Positions 1-12,420 of a stretch of 31,368 bases of DNA are shown here, piece by piece. The translations under genes and the position numbers were made by a program. How positions within the stretch are numbered: the first letter of the stretch is position 1; each line of letters starts with the position of its first letter. Source of the stretch: Catajapyx aquilonaris (taxonomy: Eukaryota); contig JYFJ02000011.1 in assembly GCA_000934665.2 (NCBI GenBank), forward strand, positions 186,001-217,368. The letters are read 5' to 3'. Under the pieces are notes generated by a model, which was not told the DNA's origin, did not search any database, and worked only from the letters and a program-made list of their open reading frames with translations.

Positions 1-1416
1 TTTTCAAGCAGGATAAAAATTAACTACTAGAGGTATTTACCTTATTGCATAGTTAAGATGTAATCCAGCATCAGGCACAGGAGTAGGCTGAAAGACAAGG
101 AAGAATTCTGCGAGATACTTTTTTTCGTAGATTAGAACCATGAGATTATTGAGGAACGCTGTGAACTTGGCAGGCTTCCACTGAAATAACTATGGTAAAA
201 AAAAAAAGTGCCTGACTTTCATGAAATGAGATTGGGCGTGATTTGAAACTTTTATTTTATTTCACAACCATTTATGTGATTTGCAACAATAAGGACGTAA
301 CAATTAAAATACAGAAATAGCTGCTAAAATACTGACAAAAGGTTCATGTATTTCGAAGAGCAAGCTGACATGCAAACAAAAGGAGTAAAATATGTATCAC
401 TTAATGTGTAACAAACATTGTCATGTCATTACAACTCCGGGTAACGATTAGTAGTAATAGGTCACAACGACCTTTTTTGTTACTTCAGCACGACATAATA
501 TTTGCATCTATTTTTTTTTTTACAAATAATTAATATAACATACAATGTTCTTAATACGGCGAAGAACAAACACGTCTGAGGCATACGCAACAAGTACAAA
601 TAATATGGCTTCTCTGCAGAAAAATACTCTCTCATCACATTCGTCATACATTAGTAATCACAACAATTTTTTTCCAGATGGTTTCACTGGTCAGCTTGAT
701 GTGAGCTCATCAAATCGGGAGGCATTTACAAGAATATTTCCTATGGAAGAAACTCCAGTCTTGTGAGGATTTTAAGAAGTGATAGGCTCACTCTATAATA
801 CTTTACGACACAGTCACTGTCATTCTCCAAGTAACTTTTCCTAATACGTGGCACAGTAGCAGCTTCTTGTGAATTGTATGATCGCGTTTCACTTTGCTTA
901 AAACTGTAACTATACTGGTATAACAGATTTAATCAAAGAGTCTTCCGAAAAGGCATCAAATACACATAGGACATGCCAAATGCAGTGTTGCGAGGGTTAT
1001 TTCCTCATTTTACACATCGAAATACGCAAATAATTTCACCAGAAGTGCAGCACAGTCTAGTACTTTATAGTAAGTGAATTACTTAAAGTTAAATACTCAG
1101 TCTGCATAAATCCCTAAAGCTGATTGGACGGCATGTTATGGTACGAGCTTTGAGATCAGATTTTGTAACCAATTTTATAACTATTGGGTGAGGGAACATG
1201 CCGGAACATGCACAGTAATCCAATATATTAATATTCCCAGGTGTAAGGTAGGCCTATCCAAAGTTCAAGTACTAGTACTGTAATTATAATCGTTAAAAAT
1301 ATTGGTAACTGCTGATTAACCCCTGCAGTTACAAAGCACCGGGTTGCTGGTTTTAGTTAATTAGGAATATCAAAATACTGAGAGTTTTACTGTCAGCCCT
1401 TTGCCGTTGTACTAGC

Positions 1417-1561
1417 TGTCAATAAGAAGGTTTGGCCAGACATATACTGACTCTACACGACCATTAGCACTCTACTACTAAACAACTATGAGAAAAAAAT
1501 AACACTAGAGTGCTGATGGTTGCCTAGCCTCAGGATACATGCGCCAAAACTCATTTTGACA
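1417..1561. mobile_element. Fold-back / MITE-like element, copy 1
   Basis: Imperfect palindrome over its full length: tgtcaa..ggtttggc / gccaaaac..ttgaca, tatactga / tcaggata, accattagcactcta / tagagtgctgatggt. A related copy lies at 1945-2098. No clear target-site duplication. Confidence 0.6.
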
Positions 1562-1944
1562 CGTATAGTAACTTACATTTGGCAAGCATTAATGCGTTAT
1601 TCCGTAAACCTACTGTTGCTATTAGGATAACAAATAGAGCACATGTTACGCAGAATGATAGCAAATACGCCCATTATGTCATCTACCTTACATAGCTGGA
1701 CATGGTAAGCATCACAATATGCAGTACTGTACAAAACAGCTACTCACAGTCAGTGGATGGAGGCTACACCAATATTTATGAATCAAACAGTGAATAGCGT
1801 TTTTCTTCCACCTCTGTACTGTACATGTTGACTGGTACTAAAGGGGAATGTCATATTTTGACCACGGTTAATAAAGGTGGCGACGGGGAACGAAAATCTG
1901 GTGAATGATGACATCTAATGTCATGTTGACTAAATAAGGACTAA

Positions 1945-2098
1945 TGTCAAAGAAAAAGGTTTTGCCAGACATAACTACTTGGTAGTTGGTGCTGTCAATC
2001 TGCATTATCCCAAGATGATTTCCACCAGAGGAAAAAAAAAATACAGTGATGATGGTTGCGTAGCGCCAGGATACGTTTGGCCAAACCATTTTTTGACA
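1945..2098. mobile_element. Fold-back / MITE-like element, copy 2
   Basis: Inverted termini tgtcaaagaaaaaggttttgccagac / gtttggccaaaccattttttgaca. The right arm agtgatgatggttgcgtagcgccaggatac aligns with copy 1 agtgctgatggttgcctagcctcaggatac. Confidence 0.6.
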
Positions 2099-3593
2099 AA
2101 TAATAAAATAGCCCACGTATGAACGGCAATAGTGTCATTAAAAAGCAACCAACCACAACAATTTTAAAATATACAGTATGCAGTAAAAATAATCTGTATG
2201 GTTTTTCAATGGTTGAAAATGGATTGTTAATGCCAACAAATACGAGTGCTGTGATTACAGACCTAACTTATTAGTACAACACGAAGGGCTCAACTACGTA
2301 ATTCAATGACAGTGACACAATTTACGCGCCTATTTATATGAGAAAATTGTACATAATCCTGAGTCATGTTGCAGATCTGCAGGATGTTTCTTGCTACTCA
2401 AGGATCCCCATTTATCATCTCCTACATTTTCGATTTGTTTTAACGATTACGCTAGCCTCAGGATCTTTGACTAGTAGAAGCACCATGTATAAACCGTCTG
2501 TCAGAAAAGAAGGCCACAAGCAGCATAAATGATACATAATCTGGTGTGTCTCAATGTATTTTGCTAATTTGACTACAAGGCATGTCGCGTGAGATAGGAA
2601 ACCATTTTAGCAGGCAAATATGGCATGGAAAATTGGAAATACTTGCTAGACTAATGAACCGTTCGGTTCATTTTATGATTACCTCGCGGATTTGTATTCA
2701 ATATAATGGCCCTTTGTCTGATTGTACGTCTTTACTGTCCTAAAACATAGCCCGAATATTTTAAGATGCTTCACATGTGCAACTTCACACACACCATACC
2801 TTCTGCCAAAATTTAAATCAGGTACCCCTTCTTTAATATCATGTGAACATAAATATAGGATGACCCGTAACATACTTGTATGATTTTATCCGTTGCCTCC
2901 GTCAAGGAAATTATACATCAAGTAATTTATTATGAAACAACATTGTTTACAACCGATAATAACCACAAACGATTAGGTTTGCTGACATATTACAACATCA
3001 TCATTAAAATTATAACTATTGACTAAGCACTAAACTAATCTGCCTGAGAGCACATATCATAAGCTCATCAGCAAAAATATGCAATAATACTGGTTATCAC
3101 ACCTAGCTTATGTCATATAAACATTAAACTTAAAATTACAAGTTGCAGTAGTACCTTTTAGAGAAAACTAATGAAGATGTTCAGCCCCTGATAAATATTC
3201 ATTTTACGTGTAGCTTTCCTGAACATTATCAGGCAATGCTTCCTAATCAAAAAAGCACAATGCTCAAGCTTCTACACAATTTTGACAATAACCTCGGGTA
3301 ACAATTAACGGCCGGATAAAGCAGATTACCTTCATGTTGAGGCCGGACCCATTCTATTCACAATAGGCACCATAATGATTGTACTGTACAATTGCACCGT
3401 ACAATGGCAGGCGTAATTGGAGGGTTAAGATGTGAGTACGCGAGAATGGTACCATGTAATGGCGATTTCTGCGGTGAATGCCGCCTGCTGAGAGGCAGTT
3501 ACTGTTAACAGATAAACGTCTAACATGGCATACGGCAGCTTATATAATCTGAATCACCTAGAAAAAGGCTTGTCTTGCACACATCACATACAC

Positions 3594-6500
3594 TTATTGT
3601 ACACTCTCTTGCATTCTCTGAAGTTTGTAATACAAGCCTTTCTTGTCCAGCAGCTCGGAATGTGTGCCAGCCTCCACCACTTGACCGTGGTCGATGACCG
3701 CTATGAGGTCAGCGTTTCGGATTGTCGACAGTCTATGCGCGATTACAATGCACGTCCTGCCTTCTTGCGCCTTGTCCAAAGCCTCTTGTACAATCTGGGG
3801 ATTGGCGTGTTTCATAGTTTCTTGAGATGATGGAATAAAGTTGAGGACTTACCTTTTCGCTCTCGGTGTCCAGAGCTGAAGTGGCCTCGTCCAGAAGGAG
3901 GATTTTGGGGTTTCGAACCAAGGCTCTGGCTATGGCCACCCTCTGCTTTTGACCACCTGACAGCTGAGTTCCTCTAGAACCCACACTTGTCTCGTAACCC
4001 TGTTTAATAGAAGTGTCGAATAATTACCCAAAATGCATTCAGCGTAAGGCTTTCATTTATGTTCCTACCTGTGGAAGTCCGGCGATGAAATTGTGGATAT
4101 TAGCCTGTCTGGCAGCTTCCATCACTTCCTCCATGCTGACATTTCTGGTGTTGTCGCCGTATGCAATGTTTTCCTCGATGGTACGGTCGAACAACACTGG
4201 CTCTTGGGACACAAGCCCCAGTTGGGCTCGAAGTCTCTTCACATTCAGCGTCGTCGTGTCTTCACTGTCGACTAACTGTACGGAAATAGCAATGTTATTG
4301 AGGCCAAAAGCTTTTGTATCACAATAACGTACCACTTTTCCAGTGACTGGATCGTAGTATCGGAGAAGCAGCTGCATACAGGTGGACTTTCCGCAGCCAC
4401 TGGGACCCACCAGAGCCACAGTGTAACCCTGAGGAACCTCCAGGTTGATGCTTCGGAGGATGTGTGCTTTGGAGCGGGTAGGGTAGTAGAAGTCCACGTC
4501 TTTCAATTCGATCTCGCCTCTGGAGATGTCCAGTCTGGTCCCCACGTAGTCTGAGTCGTCGATCTTCGGCTTTCTGTCCAGCATCTGGAATATCCTGGCA
4601 GCTGACAGCCGGCCTTTGTTGTAGTTTGGAGCAAATGCAAACGCCTGTCCAATAACCCAGGAGCCTCCAACTATAGCTTCGCCGATTCTGCAATATTCAT
4701 CATCACCATTTGACAGTTTTTCGTACAAGGAATCACGTGCATTTCAACAGCCACATCAAATAAGCTTACTGGAAAACACGTCTGAAATCCAGATGATCGC
4801 TAACGATGAGCCTACTTCCGTATGCGATGACAGCTGCGTAGGCCAGAATCCCTTGGGACCTGGACACTCCGTAGATAATTCCCCGGAGATGAGCTCCTTT
4901 GATGTGCTGCTTGTGCGGTCCGACCAACTTCTCGATGTACCGAGCCTGGAAAGTCTCCTCCAGACACAGGCTGGCCACGGTTCGGATGTTGGTGATGGCC
5001 TCCATGGCCACATTGGACGAGTCTTCCAAGGCCTTGTTCTCTGTCTGACTTTGCCCCATGGTGACCTTGCTCTCAAATCCCGTCCCTGCCACCACGCAAG
5101 GCACGAACACGAGGGCAACTAAGCCCAGCTTCCAGTTTAGGTAAAGAGCCAATGTGGAGGCCAGGAGAAGCGCAAACATTGATTGTATGAGGGTGCTCAA
5201 ACGGCTTCCAGTCGCCTGGAAAGATTCTCATTAAGTGTATGATCCATCGTGATAACAGAATTAAGTTCCTTACCCCTTGAACGTTGGCAGCATCTGAAGA
5301 CAAACGAGAACAGAGTGCTCCAGTGCTGTTGCAGGTTTCGTCAAACCAGCCCATTTCCTGCTTCAGCATTGTTGAAAAGAGTTGTATTCTCAAGCGAGTT
5401 GTTAACCGATCTCCAGATATGGTAAAGGTAACTCCCTAAATAAGAGACGAGCGTTAATATTTAAAATGGAAATAGCAGATATTGGAAGAGACACAAGAAC
5501 ATTGTAGTTGCACCTCATTCATTTCAGAGAATGGCCACACTCCTGAGGGACACTAATAACAGTAATAAGATTTATGACAATTGTTTCTGTGTCGCATGCC
5601 ATCTTATTTTAAGGATACGCCAGTTTTTTTTGTGTCTTTTTCATGAGGGAGATAAATCATGTACAAACCTGAACAAATATTGCTATTCCTGCTGCAACAC
5701 CCAGGATCAGAAAGAGGAGCGAGTACTTGTCTCCTTCTGCTTTCGAATCCTCAGCATTGTTAATGGCCAGCGACTGTGGGAGGTAAGGTTATGGTGTTGA
5801 GTATTTCAGTTAAAATCGATTGGATATTTTGGCACGCGAAAACTTGACGTTGATGGCAGGAAATCTAATCCTAGATCTAGATTATAATTTATTGTCCTTA
5901 ATCATGTTGTACAGTACGACAGATATTGACCTCGCTGACTTTTAATAACGCTTCATAATTTTAAGAAACCTTTCAATCTTATAAATTAATGACTGTTATA
6001 TCTCAAAGCGGTTCTCTCATTGTTAAATTTTATTTATTTGTTTTAGTTCATATGTGCGTCTCCCTTCATCGCTGACTACCCCTTTATAGGGAAGTGTGAT
6101 GATGTTGTTGTTTTATTTATTTGTGAGTGCAGTATTATATAGGCTTGTGACAAAATGTAGGCTGATTCTAATATAATTATTTCAGAATGCATTATAATAT
6201 TTTACCCATTAATTATTATTTAGTGGGAGCTCTTTGGACAATTTTCTTTTAGGCTACTACTATTTTAATGGTGATGTTTAGTCTACTAGTTACCAATGCA
6301 ATTGCCGTTAACTTACAATAATAATCAAATTGAAAAATTACCCCCATTATTTCACCAAACAGGACAGCATAGACCACTGTAGACGATCCTTGAAGTGCTG
6401 CGCATATACTTCCAACCAACATGTAAGGCCACTCTGGGAGGTTTGCTTTCATAATTTGTAGTAACGAAGTGGGCGGCAGCTCTTCTTTCTGTAATCCGAA

Positions 6501-9500
6501 GAGTAAATCTCACTCCATTTGCTATTGGCTGATTATAAGTTAATAGAAAACCCCAATATACGTACCTCCTTATCGCCTGCTGGAGGAACAGCTTGTTCAT
6601 CATCATCCTCATCAATAGTGGACGTATTGCTAAAAATGCTCTGAAGTCGCTGAAGACGAGAGGCCTTAGGAGACGTAATTTCTTCGTCCACACCTTCTTC
6701 ATCCTCAACATCCGATGCACCTGATGGCATCTGGGCAGTGACAAGCTGATAGTACAAACCTCTCTTGAACATCAGGCTGTGGTGAGTTCCCTCTTCCTGC
6801 ACTGTTCCTTGGCCCAGAACCACGATCCTATCCGCACTTTGAATAGTGGACAGTCTGTGCGCAACTATAAATGTTGTTCTTCCTTCTTTCATAGCGTCCA
6901 ATGCACGCTGGACCACCGCTTCACTTCGGACGTCCAGGGCTGATGTGGCCTCATCCAGAAGGAGCATCTTCGGGTCTCGAACCAAGGCTCTGGCGATGGC
7001 CACTCGCTGCTTCTGGCCTCCGGACAACTGCGCTCCTCTTTCGCCCACCATAGTGTCGTATTGCTGAAACACAAATCAGTTAACTTTGTTGTACAGTAGT
7101 TACTGGAAACCTATACCTGTGGTAGTTTCAGGATAAAATCGTGGGCGTTTGCTTCTCTGGCTGCTTGCTCCATTTCCTCCTTGCTTATCTTGGGCATTCC
7201 TAGGCATATGTTATCGCCGATTGTGGTTCCAAACAGAACCGGTTCTTGTCCCACCAGTCCCAAGTTTGATCTCAGCCATTTCACATTCAGATCTCTGATA
7301 TCGACTCCGTCTACTTTTACCTGCCCGTAAATGTCTGAATTACAGATACACCGCTCGGTACAGTCATGATCGTATACATACCATTCCTTGAAGAGGATCG
7401 TAGAATCTTTGCAGCAGCTGGAGTATGGTAGATTTGCCACATCCAGATGCGCCTACCAGAGCCACAGTTTCTCCTGGACTCACTTTTAAGTTCAAGCCTT
7501 GAAGAACCTGCAACAACGTGACTTATATATAGTAGTGTTCCAATCTCTTGAAAATTCCTGACCAACCTTCACATCAGGACGGGACGGATAGCTGAAGTGA
7601 ACATCACAGAACTCCACAACTCCTTCTAATTTTCCAGGTCGCTTCCCTTCTTCAGATTCACTGTCGATGGGCGGAATGCGTTCAAGCACTTGGAACACAG
7701 AAGCAGCAGCTCCTTTGGCTGTTGCGAAGGCCTCGAAGAATGTGGACGACATACCAGCTGACATTGTGCCGATCATTACGCTAAAAAATATCTGCGGAAG
7801 ACAAATGGGGAAACATTTTAGTCGTCTGGATAGGTTGCGTGTCCAACTACGTTTTGTGTGTCATGCTATCCCACTTTTTACACCTGATAATGTAAGGCGA
7901 TAGCACTGCAATTACAGTACCTAGTCCCATTAAGGTACTCACGGTGGTAAGGCTGGCTACGGTATATTCCGGATTTTCTTGTCCTCTTCCTTCCAGTATG
8001 AGGGTCGTGCCATACCAAAAAGTCAACGCGTACGTTGCGTAGATAATAAACCAGCTGAGTCCATTTCCAACGGCTGAGGCTAAACCCTTTTTCATCACTG
8101 ACTTTTGAGCCATGGATAGACGCTTCGTGTACCTGGAAACAAAGTGCGGTTCATACACTCCTGCAATATTCAAGCCAAAAGAACACACAGTTTGATTCAT
8201 TAGTGTCGGTATAAGGGTTCCCCTGCATGCTTAATGTCCGAGGTGACAGTGAAGCTATAAAGTAGCACGCGACCGGGGCGTATGCATAGAAAGGACACGC
8301 AGCAATAAACGTCGGCTTGCATTAACCTTTAGTATATAAGAGCAAATTTTATTTATTGCTTGCAAATAACCACCTCTCAACTTCCTTCTGTTGCCCTCCG
8401 AATGCAGCCACTGTCCTGACAGCTCCAAGGACTTCCTCAGCGACACTCCCAGCTTCTGCATAGGCCTTCAACTCCATGTTGGTGAAGGTTGACTGGACCT
8501 TGGCCATTAGGGAGCTGGCTATTCCCATAACGGGCATGACGCTCAGGATGACCAGAGTCAGCTTCCATCCGTAGTAGAAAGCGACGCCCATTGACACGAA
8601 GAAGGTCGCCTGACTCATGATGCAGATGGGGACCTTCTCGCCCATGCCCTCCTGCATCTTGTTCAAGTCTCTGCAAGAAGTATTCATTGTAGTTTGCACA
8701 AGTCGACACCCAAAATTGTGCAAAAACATGCCACAATGTGTCATCTATAAAATACGAGTTGAAATTTACATTCTAACGCAAAAAAACATTACACATTGTG
8801 TTGTGTCAAAATGTTTTGTTGGTATAACAGGAGAGTAATACTTCATACTCAGCAACTCTGCTGCAAAAGTCGTTGGTAGCATGAGTGTCGTACCAGCCAA
8901 CATCTTGTCTCAACATGGCCTTCAGAAACGAATTTCTTATCCTGTAAACCTGCGAAAAATAATTATTATTCAGCTCAGTGCCCTGTCTCTCCTTACGTAA
9001 GATGGTTTTTTTTTGCAAAGAATTGGCTTGGAACTAACAAAGTGGTTGGTCTTACCTGCTGCTCGGCGCTGTAGCTGAAGCAGACGACGAATATGTAGTG
9101 AAACACAATTTGTATTAATCCCAGAATAGCCATGCTAATGCCAAACTCGTCTCCTGCTTCCAGAAAGGCATTCTTATCGAATTCGACTGTGGGCCTCACA
9201 CTGAAAATTGCTGAAATAGTTCATGGTCCACAACTTTGATGCCGATCACTTACGTTGTGTTCGAAGTTGTGCCATTTTCCGACTCTGTTACTGCAGATGC
9301 TTGTTGTTCCAGGGACATGTACAGGTTTTGGGCGTGGTACACAAACACCTGGATCAGTCTTCCAAAGAAAATAAATAACGCCGGCCACACGAATCCCATC
9401 AGCATCCCAGAGATTGACCCAACAAATAGCAGGAATTTCTCCCATCTGGTTGAGTATCTAAACTGGAAATCATCATCATCATCATCATCATCATTACTGT

Positions 9501-9722
9501 TGTTATTATTATTATTACCAGTTGGAAAAACGAGACGGGGGGTGGTTCATCCTTTTTCTTCTTTTCGTCTTCCTTTTCGTCCTTTTTCTCTCCATTTTCT
9601 TTCATTTCAGTTTCGTCTCCTTTTTCTTCGTGTAAATCGTCCTTCCCTTTAATTTTAATCCATTTTGGAGCCATGGACTTCTTCTTCGCCTTTGGTGAGC
9701 CAGAAATCCCATTACTTTCCAT
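3594..9722 (-). CDS. ABCB1: ABCB1/P-glycoprotein-like full ABC transporter, tandem copy A (18 coding exons, ~1322 aa)
   Basis: TMD1-NBD1-linker-TMD2-NBD2 layout. Walker [10 protein letters not shown] and [10 protein letters not shown]-loops VGQEP and [20 protein letters not shown] twice, Walker [12 protein letters not shown] twice, H-loop AHRLST twice. Hand-traced exons, all GT-AG and frame-preserving: 9722-9519, 9462-9254, 9200-9056, 8949-8849, 8670-8374, 8132-7943, 7791-7567, 7507-7382, 7320-7117, 7063-6566, 6488-6342, 5773-5669, 5435-5274, 5215-4770, 4687-4333, 4275-4069, 3999-3853, 3794-3594 (3969 nt). An in-frame TAG 18 nt upstream of the ATG supports the start. The symbol denotes the subfamily, not 1:1 orthology. 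Confidence 0.96.
9469..9517. repeat. Compound microsatellite (ATC)n-(TGT)n-(TAT)n filling the first coding-region intron of copy A
   Basis: Read directly from the sequence. Confidence 0.9.
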
Positions 9723-10434
9723 CGATTCTAAACTGGACTAAGTAGGCGTTCGACCTACAAAACGAAAAGCGTGCATTGGACAGTGTACACACAGCATCGA
9801 TGTACGTGGACGGTCGGTGCCAGGACACCATCTAATGATTAATTTTTATAACGTACTCAGAACCAATCGATTCCTTATACTTTCCCTGTTTACAATCTTG
9901 AGCTGAATAAACGAAACTAAAGACCCTTGAAATGTCCGATGATTGAACTTGGAGTCAAGCGTGACTTGCACTCCATCAAAACAACCACAAGTTTTAGGAA
10001 GAACAGGTTGAATGTCACATGGGTTGTAAAATAACTGTCGATATTTGACGTAAATATGTACATTTTACTTTTAAGCTAGTGGATCCCATTAAAAGTATTT
10101 CAGAACCACAATCTGTATGTTGATAACCTTCATTGATCTGCAACACCCACAGACTTTTGGACATGAATAAATAATTGGCAAAAAGAGATCGACAAATAAG
10201 TTCCGTAAGTGCTAGATGTCATTTACAGTATGCCTATAGACTTTGCATTAAAATTGTGGCAAAAATGAGTAAGCTGGAACAAGATTCGCGCACTAAGAAT
10301 ACTTTGGTGTCCTTGTGCTGCCATACAATCGATCACTAATCTTCTTACATAATCTCTTTTACAACTACTTTGCGTGACTCACACCAATAGCGCTTGCACA
10401 GTAATAATATTCTAGACTTCTCAAAAGTTTTTAC

Positions 10435-10726
10435 CTACCGGTTCTGTATGTCACCAACACTATTTATTCCTTCACCTGCAGGCTGCAGCAAGATTTAGTT
10501 TTCAGACACTTTCCGGTGAGTCACGAATTGGACGACTCGATTGCACAATAGTTTTGTTCCTATGTATGAAACTGTTGCTTATCACTTTTCTTTCAATCAT
10601 AACAAGTGAAGTGATCAGTGCTTAATAGTCTTAGTTCACTGCAATCCTTGATGGCATACTCACAACTGGAAGAACTACGTCGGCTGGACATGTTGGCGCC
10701 AGAAGTGTTCCACGGTGCCTATATAG
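10435..10726 (-). promoter_or_regulatory. Putative promoter and non-coding first exon of copy A
   Basis: The ATG exon begins at a strong acceptor (ttttcgttttgtag| at 9754), so an upstream exon is implied. Overlapping donors CG|GTAGGT (10439) and AG|GTAAAA (10435), TATATA at ~10720-10725, CCAAT near 10755, and AP-1-like TGAGTCA at ~10516. Confidence 0.4.
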
Positions 10727-12401
10727 AGTTGCCTTTTGGACAAGCGCAGTGGACCCAATCGTTAGGGCTCATAAACGTGGGTTTCCACCCTTCAAATATG
10801 AAGGCCAACCGATCTCCTATGTGTGCGGGTTAGTCAAAATAATGAGAAGGTCCCGGCCAGTTTGAAAACACCACCATAAGGCTTATACTTCTCAAATATT
10901 GCGATTTAATAATTTAACCAACGATAGAACTGCATAGACTTATTCGGAATTTATTGACCGACCATGCCCAATACGTTTCACTTGCTACTGCAGAAAAATG
11001 ACAGGATAGGCTTTCCGGCTCATTATTACATATTGTCCTGTTGCAGATGACATTAAAATTACAAGTCACACTTGGAATATGTGCATTGACAAATTGGCGC
11101 AGTACACAAAATGCCAGAAACGTATGATAATGTCTATGATAATGTATCGAATGCAATTCACAAGAGACACTTCTGATGGAGGTTTTGTCAGTTCTGCCAA
11201 TATAGCTTTAATAATAATGCATTTATAGGGATGATATACAAAGCTACATGGATGCACTTTAGGATGTATCGAGGTCGAGCTTTCTCAAAGGGAGCCGCCA
11301 CCCAAAGCATTTCTGCCTACTTTTCATTGTCAGTTATTGCCCACTCATACTACTCGCTACATCACGAAGTTTAATTATTTACAAGCCTGTAAAATTACAT
11401 TTAAAACACTTTACCGTATGTATTTACCTGGATGTGAAACATAAACTGGCTTGCATTTGATTTGATACTCAAACTTGGGGCTTTAAAGGTGCTCAATTTT
11501 AGTTCCTGATGAGCACCCACATTGTTCATTCCAGCAATTACAACAAACCTGACATATTTCACCCATATACTGTAGAAGTGGAGAAAAGTGGCGCGCAAAA
11601 TAATGCACAATTCGTTCTGGAACCGGGTCATGCAACAGATGTTTCCCAAGGTGTCATGTTAGTCAATTGTGTCACTCTACCTGATTACTCTTTGGTGTAT
11701 TTCCCCCGGGGGAACGCAACAATGCTTGTACCCCACCCAACAACCTTGATCTATTACTACATTCGCGCAAAATATTATTAATTTTTTTAAAATTCAATGT
11801 ATACATTCTACTCATCATTATTTGGATAGTACAAAACTGTCTCGGATACTCGCACATTAATTTGATCGTTAGAAATAAATAATGCACCATTAAACAAATG
11901 AAAACAAGTGTAAGCTAACGTTATATTATTCCAAGAAAATCATTATGATGGTTGTAATCGTCGCATTATTGCTACGACTGCACCTGTGTGCACGTGTACG
12001 TCAGTAACTGTCAATTCTAATTAGTGAAGCTCTAAGGAGAATATTATTGGGGCATGGAGCTCGTATAATGTTATTAGACAATAAATTATTAGTTGATATC
12101 AGTTCTGACTACATGTATTTCTACATCATGCCCATTATAAGCCATGATATTATGCATAAGGAAAAGTCAGGAACAAATATAGGAGGTTTTTAAAATGCTT
12201 ACACAAAGTGTAAATCGGACGGCCCACATGGCCCACATTCACCTCTCATGCGGAACTTGTCAGACTGGGTGGCTCTGCATGTGTGAGCTTGAACACACTA
12301 AATAATTATGAGTTTCCGTTTCTGAAGACCTACAGGTATATCTTCTAACTATTTTTAGAGACCCAGCCAGTCTATATAGGACATCTGCTCCCCTTCCCAC
12401 G

Positions 12402-12420
12402 CCTCCTCCTCCTCCTCCTC
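12402..12420. repeat. (CCT)6 microsatellite
   Basis: Read directly from the sequence. Confidence 0.85.

Noticed and set aside
8220..8290. Short hairpins in A introns (also ~6066-6103) as miRNA or snoRNA
   Set aside because: Stems are short and interrupted, with no box motifs recognised.
9399..9518. Poly-Ile/poly-Met tail in ORF 9399..9722
   Set aside because: Read-through into the microsatellite intron, not protein.
11489..11518. CTGATGA inside a small hairpin (also minus-strand CTGATGA near 3065 and 25660) as hammerhead ribozyme or C/D snoRNA
   Set aside because: No correctly placed GAAA core with stems I-III, and no convincing paired C/D boxes with terminal stem.
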